NCBI GenBank assembly: GCA_012026655.1
Contig: JAAILG010000672.1
Span: 1-64,000, forward strand
Origin: Hydrolagus affinis
Lineage: Eukaryota
Direction of reading: 5' to 3'
Length of the DNA stretch: 64,000 nucleotides
Within the stretch, counting starts at the first letter, position 1. The number at the start of each line of letters is the position of its first letter. Below the pieces are notes generated by a model that made no database searches, had not been told where the DNA came from, and saw nothing but the letters and a program-made list of their open reading frames with translations. The position numbers and the translations under genes are program-made. Positions 49,159 to 62,000 of this stretch are shown in pieces.

Positions 49159-49457
49159 TGGGGAGGGGGGGGGGGGGAGGCGGGGGGTGGAAGGGGAAGG
49201 TTTAAAACACCTGATTTATAATGAAACTTCACCAAACAGAGGTGAGGAAGGGAAAGCCTGATTTACACAGTGATTGATTTGTGTGAATGGAGCCAGTGAA
49301 CAGGGAGAGCCGCCCACTCCTCGCTGATAGGCTAGGAGCAGAAAGAGATACATTCACTCGACCAATGGCAACGCAGCGCGGGATCAGTGCGGAAGTAAAT
49401 CACACAAGACACAGAGAGATCCTTACACACAGCCACAACACACAGCAGTACTGTATA
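49159..49457 (+). promoter_or_regulatory. Probable FANCA promoter and non-coding first exon
   Basis: G-tract/GC box (49159-49200), CCGCCC (49310), CCAAT (49362-49366), ETS CGGAAGT (49390-49396) and local CpG enrichment. Possible donor gtaaga at 49458 and acceptor tgtgtag ending at 49867 upstream of the ATG. Confidence 0.6.
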
Positions 49458-49922
49458 GTAAGAGGGAGAGAGATCAATTGTGTTTATTTTATGAAAGCAA
49501 AGAGACCAGTGCTGAGTGGATAGAGCGATGTAAGGGAGAGATCAACCTTGTTTAGCTTGTTAGAGGAGAGGGAGCAATGGGGTCTTTTACAGAGCTAGAT
49601 CAGTGATCAAGAGATGGAGAGATCATCTGGGCTTAATGTTGGAGCAAAGACAGAACGTTTCTCTATATACCAGCTGCAAGAAAGATAGACAGGCGTGATC
49701 GTTATACGTTGAACTATATAAGACAGACCAAATGTATCATTAATTATAATAGTGATTCGCTGTATTACAATGTATTAGAAGCACGTGTGTAGGAAAGATT
49801 AATCACACATTTTAAATAAGGTGTTGGTTTGACAAATGCTACTTAATGTTTTTTCGATTGTGTGTAGGCAGGACCCAATAAGACACGGCTAGTGACAGGA
49901 TAGTGTTATTTCGAAATCCATT

Positions 49923-50007
49923 ATGTCAAGTGGTGTCTCTAACTTCGCTTCATATCAGTCTTGTTCCCCTGATGCATCTCAGAGAAAAACGCTCTCACAG
50001 TTGCTGG
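49923..50007 (+). CDS. FANCA: FANCA coding exon 1
   Basis: MSSGVSNF...QRKTLSQLL(G); donor G|gtgagt, phase 1 as required by exon 2. Confidence 0.8.
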
Positions 50008-53000
50008 GTGAGTCAAGCGAACTGTCGACTAGTGTGGCACATAATGTTCTTGTTTGGTACAAAATGAAAGGGGCATTATCCTCATTTAAAACTGACTGGG
50101 AAACCTGTGTTTGAGGTGGGGTGCACCAGTTTTGTTGCAAAGTAATAATGGGATTTGCTGAACAGTTCTCCTAAAAGTTGCGTCTTTTTAGCATAATGAA
50201 CGCCATCAAGCATGTAGCTTCATGTACCAGTTATATTGTCTGTGAAGCCATATAACTGCTGATGAGATTGTTATTGCTGATAGTTTTTTTCATTAATGCA
50301 CAGTCCTTTAGCATATTCCATTATACATCTGGTATCTTTAAGTGCAATTTGTAATGAAGAATGATGCAATTGATATGGTTTATTTGAATTCTTTAAGGAG
50401 CAATTGAACATCTGTGCTTTAGCAGTTTGGCCTAGAGCTGCATAACATTTAGGCCTGAATTATGTTTAAATGGGGTCAGTGTCATTTTATTAAAGAATAT
50501 TTTGCACCAAACTCCCTGCTCTGGATATTTGCTGCAGAGAAGCTGCATTGATTACTACAATGAGCTTATACAACAAGAATGTCTTTGTACATTTTAAATA
50601 AAACCTACTGTACATTTACATTATGCCAGTTTTGATGCCTAATTAATGCCTAATTTTGTCGGGAAGACTGATCATGGCTCGGTAGGCCTACTCTCCTGTG
50701 GTAATGTCATTTAAAATAATGATCCAACTTTAAACGCAATGCAATCATGTAGACAAATCTTACTTAGCAAGCAGAATTTTATGTTTCCATGTGATCAAAA
50801 CAGAGATAAGACTTCCCTCCTTCTTTATCTGTGCTCTTCTGAGATATTGAAGGTGTTGTTATTTGATATTTCTAGAAACTGCTAACGTGATGAATTACTG
50901 GAATTGGGTGATATGGTTAGATGGTGATGAATTCTAAAATGGATTATGAATGTTGGAATCAATGCTGAGTGAAGGAAAAAATATCAGCTTTGGCTCAGTG
51001 GTCGCAGTGTCTAAACTGTAACAGTGGTTACGATTTAGATACTTTTTGACATCCAGGCGACTTGATAAATATCGATATCAAATTGCAAGTTTTTTTTTAT
51101 ATAATACTAGTCTGGTTATAAATAGTACAATTTCTATATTTTCAGGGCGTCTTCATTAACTTAATGTCGTTCTGAAAAATTGTGTATTTCATTGGTGTTT
51201 ACAGTATCTTCGATTTTTCCAGGGCCAAGAACTCGCAGGCAGAGACAGAGGCCTCCTCCGGCACATGGACTCAAGGATGCCGTCATTCGGTTCATGAGTC
51301 GTCATCAGAATCTTGGTGATCTGCTCCTGGAGGTAAAGGGGACAATTAAGCACTGTTGCCCTTTTTATATACAGTAAAAGCCCGTTTATCCGTGACCCGA
51401 TCGACCGTAACTTCCGTTTAACCGACACCGCGATGAAAAAGGTCCGCATTCGATTAACTGGAATTTATCCGGAAAATATATACAGTATACAGTATGTTTT
51501 TGGGGGGGCGTTTTCGTCCGAATATCCGGGATGCGCTTTAATAGGCATTGGCCAGGTCCCAAGGGTGCTGGATAAATGGGGTTTTACTGTATATATATAT
51601 ATATATAATAAAATATATATGCAGATTTGCCCTTTGCAAATGTTAGCCAAGACTAAAGCTAGATAATGTATAAGAATCCATGCAGAAAGCAACACGGTTC
51701 GTCGCAAATAGGATATAAGTGGTGTTTCTGTCACAACAATAACAACAAATTATCTTTGCACAGTGACTTTCATGTCGTGGGATGTCCCAAGACGCTGGAC
51801 TGTCAAAGATTTGCACCCGAGCTGGGGGTTGGGATCAGGAGGGTCGACGGCAGCTTGGGTGGAAATAGCAGGGTGACCTCAGTCTTGAGGTGGAGGGAGC
51901 AGATGGCTCGTCAAGCATTTATAACTAAAAATGTATTTATTTCCTTAACAGGTTAATGGTTCAGTAAGTAGACATTTGTCGAGTCCCAGGACTGTTACCT
52001 CTGATGATGAAGAGACGAAAGCTGCTGCTGAAGATTCTTTGTTAGGTGATTGTATTATACATTCTGTGCTGCACAGCCAATGGTTTTCAGTTTACAAGAT
52101 GCCACATTCAACATTCCTCAGTAGTTGTGCTTATTCACGTTCTTTGCACAAGTTTCCACACTCTGCAGGTCTGTGCGTGTGATCCAGGAAGGTCCCTGAA
52201 TGAAGTCTTGATGTTTCCATCATTTTAGCCTGTTCTCACACTCCTCAAATAGTTAATTACAGAGCAACTGAAGCCCAAAATCAGGCCAATGCACTCTTGT
52301 TTTTCTCTCCGTATCTCTCTCTCACTTTCTCTTACTCTGTCTGGCATTTGTCATTAACGGGCGAGGCTTAAAAACAGGGCAGGAAATAATAGCATCAAAC
52401 TATTTTCTTCCAGATGTCACTGTGTACATCTAATCACATTGTTGACTGTTCATCTGCTTTATTTTTGGCTGCTCTTCCACTGTTTCATCTCGGTGGCAAT
52501 AAAAACCCGGAGGATGTGTCTGTATCATATCATTGTGCTTTTCAGCTTGTATTTTTTACGAGCTAATGTAAACTTTCGTGCTTCTGCCGAATTTTGTGTA
52601 TCTTTTTCCAGCCTCAGTTCTGCAAGAACAAGCATTGCAGGTGGACCTGCCTGTGGCGCTTCTGTCTGCAAGAGCATCTGCGGAGAAAATACATCAAATC
52701 CTTTCAGTCGTGTCGAGACGTACTGTCATGTTGAACTCTGCTCAAAGAGTAAGTCATTTTTTTATTTGGTGTGTCGAATATGTAAATAGTTGTTATTCTA
52801 GAGCTGGAAAAATAATTGCAATAATCATTAACGTCTTACCTTATCATTGGTATAAAACATCTCAAAGCACTTCACAGATTTATCGTAAAGTGTGACAAAT
52901 GTGTTTTTTTTTAGCTAAATGTGACAGACTAGATCCACAAATAGTCATTGAGTGAACGACCAGTTTTAGATGGCAAGTGTTGGGCAAGACAATGTGAGAA

Positions 53001-56000
53001 ACTTTCTTCTCTTTCTCTAATGCCCACCTGAACAGGATCTTAGTTTAAAGTCTCATCTGAAGAACCGCGCTGGCAGGTGTGACCCAGTATTGGTGTGTCA
53101 ACAACAACAAATTACATTTGTGTGGTGCCTTTCAGGTCAGAAGGACGTTCCAAGGCCTGTAAACTCTAGGTACTGACATGGGTCTTGAGTCCACATCCTT
53201 CTGACTCCCAAGACAAGAGTGCTGCCAACTGAGCCAGGCCAAGACTTGAAAAACATTTTACTTTAAATTAGCACAACTGGTATTGTACCTCTGATATTGG
53301 CCACTATCCTACAATATTTGTGAAAGTACTTTGCTGAGTGATCTAGGAAACTGGTCATCATCCATGATATTAAAACGTTAGGGTATAACGTAATGTAAAG
53401 TGTTTAATTTCTATGTTTGGTTAGAGCACTGACCGCGTTGATCTTGTTCCAGAGTAAGTTCACCCGTTTGCTTCAGACCATGCAAGACCTGCAATGCTCC
53501 AATATGTTCAGCCGACTACAGTTCAGTCAAGAGATTTGGAAATCGAAGGTGGGAATTGGGTTTAGCATTATTGTGGTTTGATGGGTGTCTATAAACGATG
53601 ATTCTGTTGGATTTCCCCCTATGTGGGATTTCGTAACTTACACAATTCTATCAGTCAATAATGCATTTAACACCTTACTTACCATCCACCCCCCTTCCCA
53701 CCACACCTTAGTAGGTGTTTTGCAGAATTCTCAAAGTTTTCCAGATAATTAAGCCTTGCTTATTTAAGGTGATGCCCATTTCAGAAATGTATTTTCTTTT
53801 TGCGCACATCATTCAGAAGAATCAGCCTGGCTCCATATTTGTTGTCAAGGATGGCTTGCCAATCATATCTTTGCTTATTTTGAATGCAATCCACGTTCCA
53901 GTTATATTCTGATGGTCACAGCTCTGGGTTGTATAATGTGATCAGCTATGGGAGGAAGAGCTTTGTGAGGTTGGCTCAAAGGAGTGTGATGATACATAGT
54001 CGCTTTGAGCTGTGCAAAAATCAGCAAGCAGAGAGCTCTTGACTGATATGACAGCTTCTCCTTTGCTGACGGAAACTCTCTGATCTTTATTTCTTCTGTA
54101 TAGGAACAACCAATACTGGAAGCAGTCTGGCGTTTGCAGAAAGAAAACATTGTGAGCCTTGAAGAGCTGGTACAGAGGTATCTCAGCTAGCGACACAACT
54201 AATGTCCTTACTGAAAGCTGCTGTCACTGATGGGCTACGGTGTTGTGCAGCTCAGATTGTCATAATCCAGGAAGTGCAGGGTTTCTTGAGGTTGATTCTG
54301 TACAAATAGAAATGTGAGATGGTACGTGGGAACATGGAGTAATTATAGAGGCAGCAGGAAAATCAATGATACAACAGGCCTGGAAAATGGGGCCAGGTAC
54401 TAATGCAACATTGATACTTTACTTGTTCGTAGGCATAAAAGAGAGATTCCAATATGTTTTTTTTTGGCATCGGTCTGTTTCGTCTTATTGTCTCATTATT
54501 CATTCTGTTTCACAGACTTCCTCTTCCACAAGGGCCTTTCCCCTCTTTGCTATAAACCAGCTTGTTGCCCATCAATGATAGCAGTTCTGATCCTTACCTC
54601 ACCCCACCCTCCCTCTGTTGATTTTGCTTTTATTCCCTTTGCCCCCTTTTCCCCCCACTCTCCCTTACAGGCTGTCGCCAAGTAACAGATTAAAAGAGAA
54701 AGATCAGACATTATCGAATCTACCCTAGAGCGTAGAGTGTGGGAACGAGCAGGACATTGTGTAGTGTTACAATATTATGGAGAGGAATGTACGCTTAAAT
54801 AATTAGCAGCGGCTTCAAGATCAACATTTGATAATAATAAACCTTACATTTGAGATGTTTAAAAGCAATGGTGCTGGAGCTGACTGGAGGCAAGAGCTGA
54901 CTTTTTGTTCTGTGAACAGTAACCCCGATGCTGCCGCTGTGGTACACTGGCTTTTCAAAGATCTCTGTGAGCTTTGCCTTGGGACCGAGGATCAACAGCA
55001 GAACAGTGATATCCAGAGGCAGATACTGTCAGGTAGGGACTGGGGAAAAGGCATTGAATAATGTTGCAAACTAGTGGCGGACCACCCTGTTTTGCAAGGG
55101 AAATGCATGTCTTTTTGCTACAGGCACCAAATTCACGTGGGTAGGTATATAAACTACGCCGAGCCAGCTTGGTACAGTGGGAAGACATTTCAATCATGTC
55201 TGGTTACGTTATTGTGTCTCGGCCTGCTCGCTGGCCCTGCTGTAACCTTTATCCACTCTGCGCAGTCAGTCAGACAGTTAGTCTAATGTTATGTGGCACC
55301 TTCCCAGAAGCACTACTATGGACTGATGCCAGCTGGCATCTGCTGTGAGGTAACCTATAGAAACACCTTTGAACACCTTTGAAGATTTCAGTATTGCAGG
55401 TTTGGAAAACAACAACAACAACCAATTTACATTTGTTGAGCGCCCTTCACGTCGAGAGGACGTCCCAAGGCGCAAAAAAGTACCCAGTGCAGTAAAGAAT
55501 TCCCGTCCTTGCTTTACTGTCATTTGGACCTGAAACTATCAGAGTGGTGACTCCCTGTTCAAGGCTGCTTTGACTGCAGAAAGCTGACGGGATATGAAAT
55601 GAATAATTTATGCACCTTTTTCCATTGGATAAAATATGCTACCTATAACATTCTTGTAACTGTATGAAAATAACATCTATCCAGCAGAGCAAATGGTGTA
55701 TTTTTTTTAATGAAACATTTAAGAAATAACTACAAACACAGGCAAGTGATCCAGTGACTATATGATATTCCAGTGACATTTCAATTCCCTCCCGGAAGAT
55801 CTGTGGTTCAGTCCAAGTGTTGACCGACATCAGGCGTTCCTCAGATTATCACTTTACTGTTCTCTACTGAGTGTCTTTTGACAGTAACTTTCTCATCAAG
55901 TGAAGGAGTTACACTTGATGAGTGTTTTTTAAATTGTTTGGGTAACGTTATTTTCTTTCAGACATTGTGACTGTGTTGGTGAGGAATGGATTTCAGGAAT

Positions 56001-59000
56001 CGAGCTTTGCAGAATCTAAGAGGCCTCAGTTTCCGCAGGTCAGGATGTGCCGGCTACACTAACTCACAGCTCGATGCGACACTGCCGGCAGGCACATGAT
56101 GGCGTGTGGTATTAAGGCAACAAAAAAACAAGCAAATTACACTAAAACGCCATTGGGAAAACTCTGAAAAGAAACGAAACTTTAAAGCATTGTCATCTAA
56201 ATGACAGCATATGTTCAACCCTGTTTCACACTTCTAAGGCACTGTACAAGTGTAATTTTGTATTGTGCATATACCGCCCTTCAGGCAGGGTAGTGTCTCA
56301 GATCACTAAAGCACGCAGGCTTCACTTCACTGATTCAAGAGATTGCACAAATGTATTGTTACTGCTCTGTAACATTCCACAAGCCATTGTCTCTGAACCT
56401 TTGAAAGGAATGAGGTAATTAAAATGTTGAGGTCTCTGTGACATACTCGGAGAACAAAAGGAGAGCCTGACTGTAGATTCAATTCAATGGAAGAAAGGCT
56501 CCACCTAGCCAAAGTATCTGTAGAGGACTCCTTGTCATTTTGCTGGTGATGTACTTAGTACCAATTAATTTGTAATATCAGAATAATGCCACTTTACTGA
56601 TATCTGACTGTTCTTCCCACTAGGTGTGTTTTACTGTTCTAGACAGAATGCTCTCATGTAAGTACTGCACTCAACTCTGGGTTGGCACTATCTTACTCTG
56701 CTGTTTGCTGTAGAAGCTTATGTTCAGTGTAAGTTGTTGAAGTCGCTATCTTTAACAGCAAGAGGAATGTCTTGCCTTATATAGGGGGTGAGAAAATAAT
56801 CTTACAGTTTTCTTAATATGAAGTATGTATTGTTTTCCATATTTTTAACATAATAATCCTTGCATTTGATATAGCACTTTTCACATCGACGTCTCAAAGC
56901 GCTTCACGGGAATATACTGTAAAGTGAATTGACTGTATATTTGTGAGCGTAACATTCTCCTGAGACCTCACTAGGCGTCCCTGGGACTTTGCTTATTTTG
57001 CATGTCTGGTTGCTGTGTTTTTTTGTTTGTGTCAGTGTGTTGCATGTTTGGAAAGATTTGCCGCTGAAATGTCGTTTCTCTGTTACCAGGGATGCTGAAT
57101 GATGTGTGTCAGCAGAGGAAAGAAGATGACTCTTCTCATCGGAAAGCACCTCATTTCTGGTACGTACCTTTTCAGCTGTTCTGTGGTGGAAGCAGAAAGT
57201 GTCACCGTGTGAAATTTGAAATAAAAATATTTGTTTTACATTTTTTGTTCCAAAATTCTTCACATGAAGTTCAATGATTAGAATTAAATTGACTGGTTCC
57301 CTGTTGCAGGCTGGGTGTGTTTGACACAGCGCTATACCACGGTACCGTGTCTCTGGAGAGACTCAAACAGTTCTTCTGTCATATGCTGACGCAAGCTCTT
57401 ACCTACAACCCTGTGCTTGAAGGTACAAACATGATCGAAATATTTAAATTCCTGCACATAGTTGCATGAAACAGACTTGGGCTAAACAATTCCTACTGTG
57501 GGGAAATTCTGCAATCCATACCAGGCTCTTATAAGAGGCAGTTTCTATATTCTAGCCCCAATAGATTCCCCGTCTCTCTCCCGCCCCCACCCCCTCAATC
57601 ACTTCCATGTCTGTTTTAATTAGCTCCCTCTGCTCTGCAGCTCCTGCAGATTGACCCCTCTCTGTGGGTGATAGTGATGCTGTTCTTTGCTTGACTGTGG
57701 AGGCAAAGAAACCCCAGGCAGGTTCCCTCCCTCCACAGTCTGGGTCAGGAGCTCATCGCCTCAGGGTCCAGTCTGCGTTTCTGGCTGCTTCTTAAATTAG
57801 AATGTGTAACTGGGGCAGCAGAATCTCAAATCTGTGGTTCATAGCACCATCTGGTATAGCACTCCCCATTTGTTATCTGTAGAGTAAATTTATACTGCGT
57901 TAGCCATTTACCAGCAGTGGTCTTTGAGCAGTGATTACAGTGTTAGTCTCAGTTCTACATAAGAAATGCTGGACGCAAGAAAGGTCCAACTAGCGCGATC
58001 GCCTTCCACCTTTCTGTCACAGCATATATATGTCCTGAACTACCTACGAACATTTTGCTTTAATTTGACCAAAAGTCACTGAATCCAGGGTTGGAAAAAT
58101 AAAATGATGTTTTGTTATAGCATCTGATGCCATTCGGATGCAGAGAGAGTGGTGCTTTGCCAAGACGTGGCCTCATCTGACAACTCTGTACAGAAAGGTA
58201 ATTGGTAATTAACTCACTGAAACGCCGCATCACATCAGTGCAGCCCTAAGGTTTCAGGGTGGAGCACAGGATGCCAGTGCTTATTACTACTTCATTAATA
58301 GACAGACTTGCTCAAAATCTGGTGTCTTTCAACCAAAGAGCGACTCCGCTATAACGTGGTTGTCTGGGTCCAATATCTCAGGCTGAGATTAACTGCCGAC
58401 TTTGGGATTCTCGCTGACGTCACTTTGAGATAGAAGTGACATCAGCGGCGCTCTCTGGCCATGAACTGCGTACAAGAAACGTGACATAATAATGATCCTT
58501 GCATTTGATATAGCGGCTTATCATGTCTTCGAGACGTCTCAAAGCGCTCCACAGAATGTACCGTAGAGTGAATTGACTGTACATTTTGCGGGCGAAACGC
58601 TGCAGCAAATTATGCACCTCAGCGTCTCGCTGAGTATTTCTCAACGTCCAGTGTTCTGAAGCTTTGCTGGCAGGGCTTCAGCAACCAGCAAGTTTCATTG
58701 TTACGCCTGCAATTCACAATTTCAATTACCCTGTGTCTTCAGATATCTGGAGCTGTCTCCATTTATTTCCTCCTGTGCTGTTCCCTATCACACCCAGCGG
58801 CGGAGGGAATAACCTTCGGATTATTTTCTTAAACTTTTATTTTGTCTGTTGGCTGTCGCCTTCCGTTTGTTTGAACCTCTTTCCTCGCTCTGTGCAGCTG
58901 TTTGTACTGTTCGGCCCAGAGGAGCTGATCGCTCACTTGCGACACGTTTTGGAGACCCATGAGGTTAACTGGCAGAACGTGCTGTCCTGTGTTTCTACAC

Positions 59001-62000
59001 TGTTAGTCTGTCAGCCGGATACCCAACAGCAACTGAAAGGTATGGAACAACAACTTCTTGCATTTACGTAGCGCCCTTCACATGTGGTAGTGATCGTGGA
59101 GCACTTGACAGTGGCAGAGTCTGACCCCGAGACACTTGGAGAGGGAGGGTGGAGATTAACCGTAAGCACGATCAAAAAGGAAGGGATTGGGATCTGAAAG
59201 TTGGGAGGAGGGACTGTGTGGGTGTGCGTGTGTGCATGTGTTCATTTCAGAGCTTTGGGGCCATGCAGATTTGGGCAAGAGACTTGACGTGATTTAATTT
59301 GACACCTTCAAAAATGTTGTGTCCTATGCATCTTTCAAAAGCGTCCCAGAAATTTGGGTTGATCTGTTACAAATGTTATATAATTAAGCAGACAATTCTG
59401 AAGGTGGTCAGCAGCCTGTGTTATTGAATCTCCGTTTATTATTTAACATGACATTTTTGCACAGATGTAAACATAAACTTTTGATCTTATGAACTTATTG
59501 GAGACGCTTTCACTTTTAGACTGACCCATGGCTTGCAGTATTTTTTTTTAACGCCAAAGATGACATTCCTGTGTAGAGTGGATATAATGCCTGATTGTGG
59601 TTGCTCGATTGTAGGTTCTTGTGAGAGCGAGCAAGGACAGCAAAGTGCGACTTCCAACAATTTCAACCACCTGTTTAACGGGTGACTGTGGCCAAGCTCT
59701 CAGCTGTACCCATTTGGACCCATGGCATGTGGCCTGTTGTGTCTTTGCAGGACTGTTGGACAGGTTGCTGATAAATGCCTTTGAGAGCTATGAGTTGGAG
59801 AGTATCATCACTGCCTTTCTGCTGGCTCGCCAGGCTGCCCTGGAGGGACCTGCTGTGTTTATATCTTACTCAGAATGGTTCAAGGTAAGTTTCACACAAT
59901 CAGGCAATAAGCGAAGCTCCTGACTACTATATAGATGAAAGAATCAAGCCTTTTGATGAAAATCATCAGTACCTGCGTTTGCGGATGATGGTAAACTTAA
60001 CATTCAATTGCGTTTGCTTTGCCAGTTTCCCTGCACACTTTGAGGGATTGAGCTTTACGATGTGATGTAATTCAGTCAGGCTAGTAAGTGGTGAAAAGCT
60101 GCTAAGAATTGATTTTGAGATGGTCTTAGCGTTGGGGAAATGCTCTGGCAGAGTGGTTGGAGCATCTATAAGATGAAGTGGAAAAGCCAGGCCGACAGGC
60201 TGCCTTGTTGTGTGAAACAGTACAGTATTATGCAGTGAGCAAACTGATAAATCTACAGGAAGGAAAGACTGATGCAGGCAGGTAGATCAACAGACTGGGC
60301 ACAGTGTGTGCCGGCATCAACTTTGCCTGCGGGTTAATTACTAAAGGTAAATAGCCACAGGTAAAGCTTACATGAACAGGACATTATTGAGCAGGACCAG
60401 GCTTGGAGACGGACCCGTCTATTTTGCGTTGACTTTCACTGTATAAAATCGGTCCTATTGCTAAATTCTGTGTGTAGCCGCCAGGGAACACTAAATTGCT
60501 GCTTGTGAGAACAACTCTGCTTTTAATCCTCTCTCTGTCTCTCTCTGCTGTGTCTGATTGTGAAAACTGCCCCCCAAAGTAGCAAAAGAGCGTTTATTTC
60601 AGGCAGCAATTTAAACCACTTCACAATGAAGTAGGGATTATTTGGCCGGCTTTTAATCACTGGAGATTCAGTCTAATGAGCTGAAATCCAGGTGAGAGGA
60701 CTCGGGTGCTGTGCTGTTTTGCTGGATTTCCTGAGTCACCTCGTGTCAACCTTGATCACTCCCAAGATAAGCAGCAGCATGACCTGGTGTGGAACTGTGC
60801 TCTGTCCGCTCTGTGACTTTACTCTAACCTAAGAAGAGCATCGCTTGTTTGCATTTGTTTGCAGCCTGTCCTCATTTGGCTGGCGATTGAGGTTAGGTCA
60901 CTGAGCAGGTAGATGTTCACCAGCATCTTCATAATAATCACAATAATTATAATAACAATCCTTGGATTTGATATAGTGCTTTTCACATCTTCTAAATGTC
61001 TCAAAACGCTTCACAGAATATACTGTAAAATAAATTGACTGTATATTTGTGGGCAAAACGTGGCAGCCAATTGCGCACAGCAGTGTCCCACAAACATTCA
61101 TGGATTGAAATAACCAAATTTTTTTTGAGGGATTATTATCAGGCATGTGGAGTAAGTAAACTTGCCCAACAGATGAGATGAGAGAGAAAAAAACTGGACA
61201 TCCAAAATCATAATGCCTATTGAAGAAGTAGAAACACAATGAAGCCCCACTCCTGATTTCATCCCTCGTCTCTTAACCTTCTTGTAAACGGAAGCCTCTT
61301 TTGATTTGGATAGTCCTAAAAAGGTTTGATGGGTTCCTAAATGTGTCAGACACCCGGCTGACCACCCCAGAAATCCTGAATGTTTTTCCCTCTCTTCAGA
61401 TTTCCTTTGGGTCTGCGAGCAGTTATCACGGCGGCAGCAAGAAAGCTCTCGTCTTCCTGTTGAAGTTCCTGACAGACCTTGTCCCCTTCGAATCGGCACC
61501 GTACCTAAAGGTAGGATTGTTATATAATAGTAATAATAATCCTTACATTTGATATAGCACTTTTCACATTTTATTGACCTCTCACAGAATATACTGTAAA
61601 GTGAATTGACTGTATATTTGTGGGCGATACGCGGCAGCCAATTGAGCACAGCCGTGTCCCACAAACAGTCGTGGATTGAAAATGACCGATTTTTATTATT
61701 GTGTTTTTTTTGGAATGGATTGTGGAGTGAGGAAACTTGTCCAAGGTTTGCCCCTGATCTGCCTGGAATCGAATACGGGTCTCACGCTTGTAAGGTTGAG
61801 TGCTCTAACCACTGAGCCACAGGAGCTGCTGTAGATTGCTCTCCACGATTGGCAGGTGCCTGGAACTCACTTCAGTGGGTTGGCACGGTGGTGTGTCAAT
61901 GGAGCTCAGTTGGCAGTTTCTTTCACCTGTGGGTTAAAGACTTGCATCATTACATTTAACATGGCATATGTTTTGCAATCCTTCTCATTTTCTTTGCTGT

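Noticed and set aside
54440-54600. Possible second Penelope terminal fragment ending CAGTTCTGAT
   Set aside because: Too degenerate; the hammerhead boxes are incomplete.
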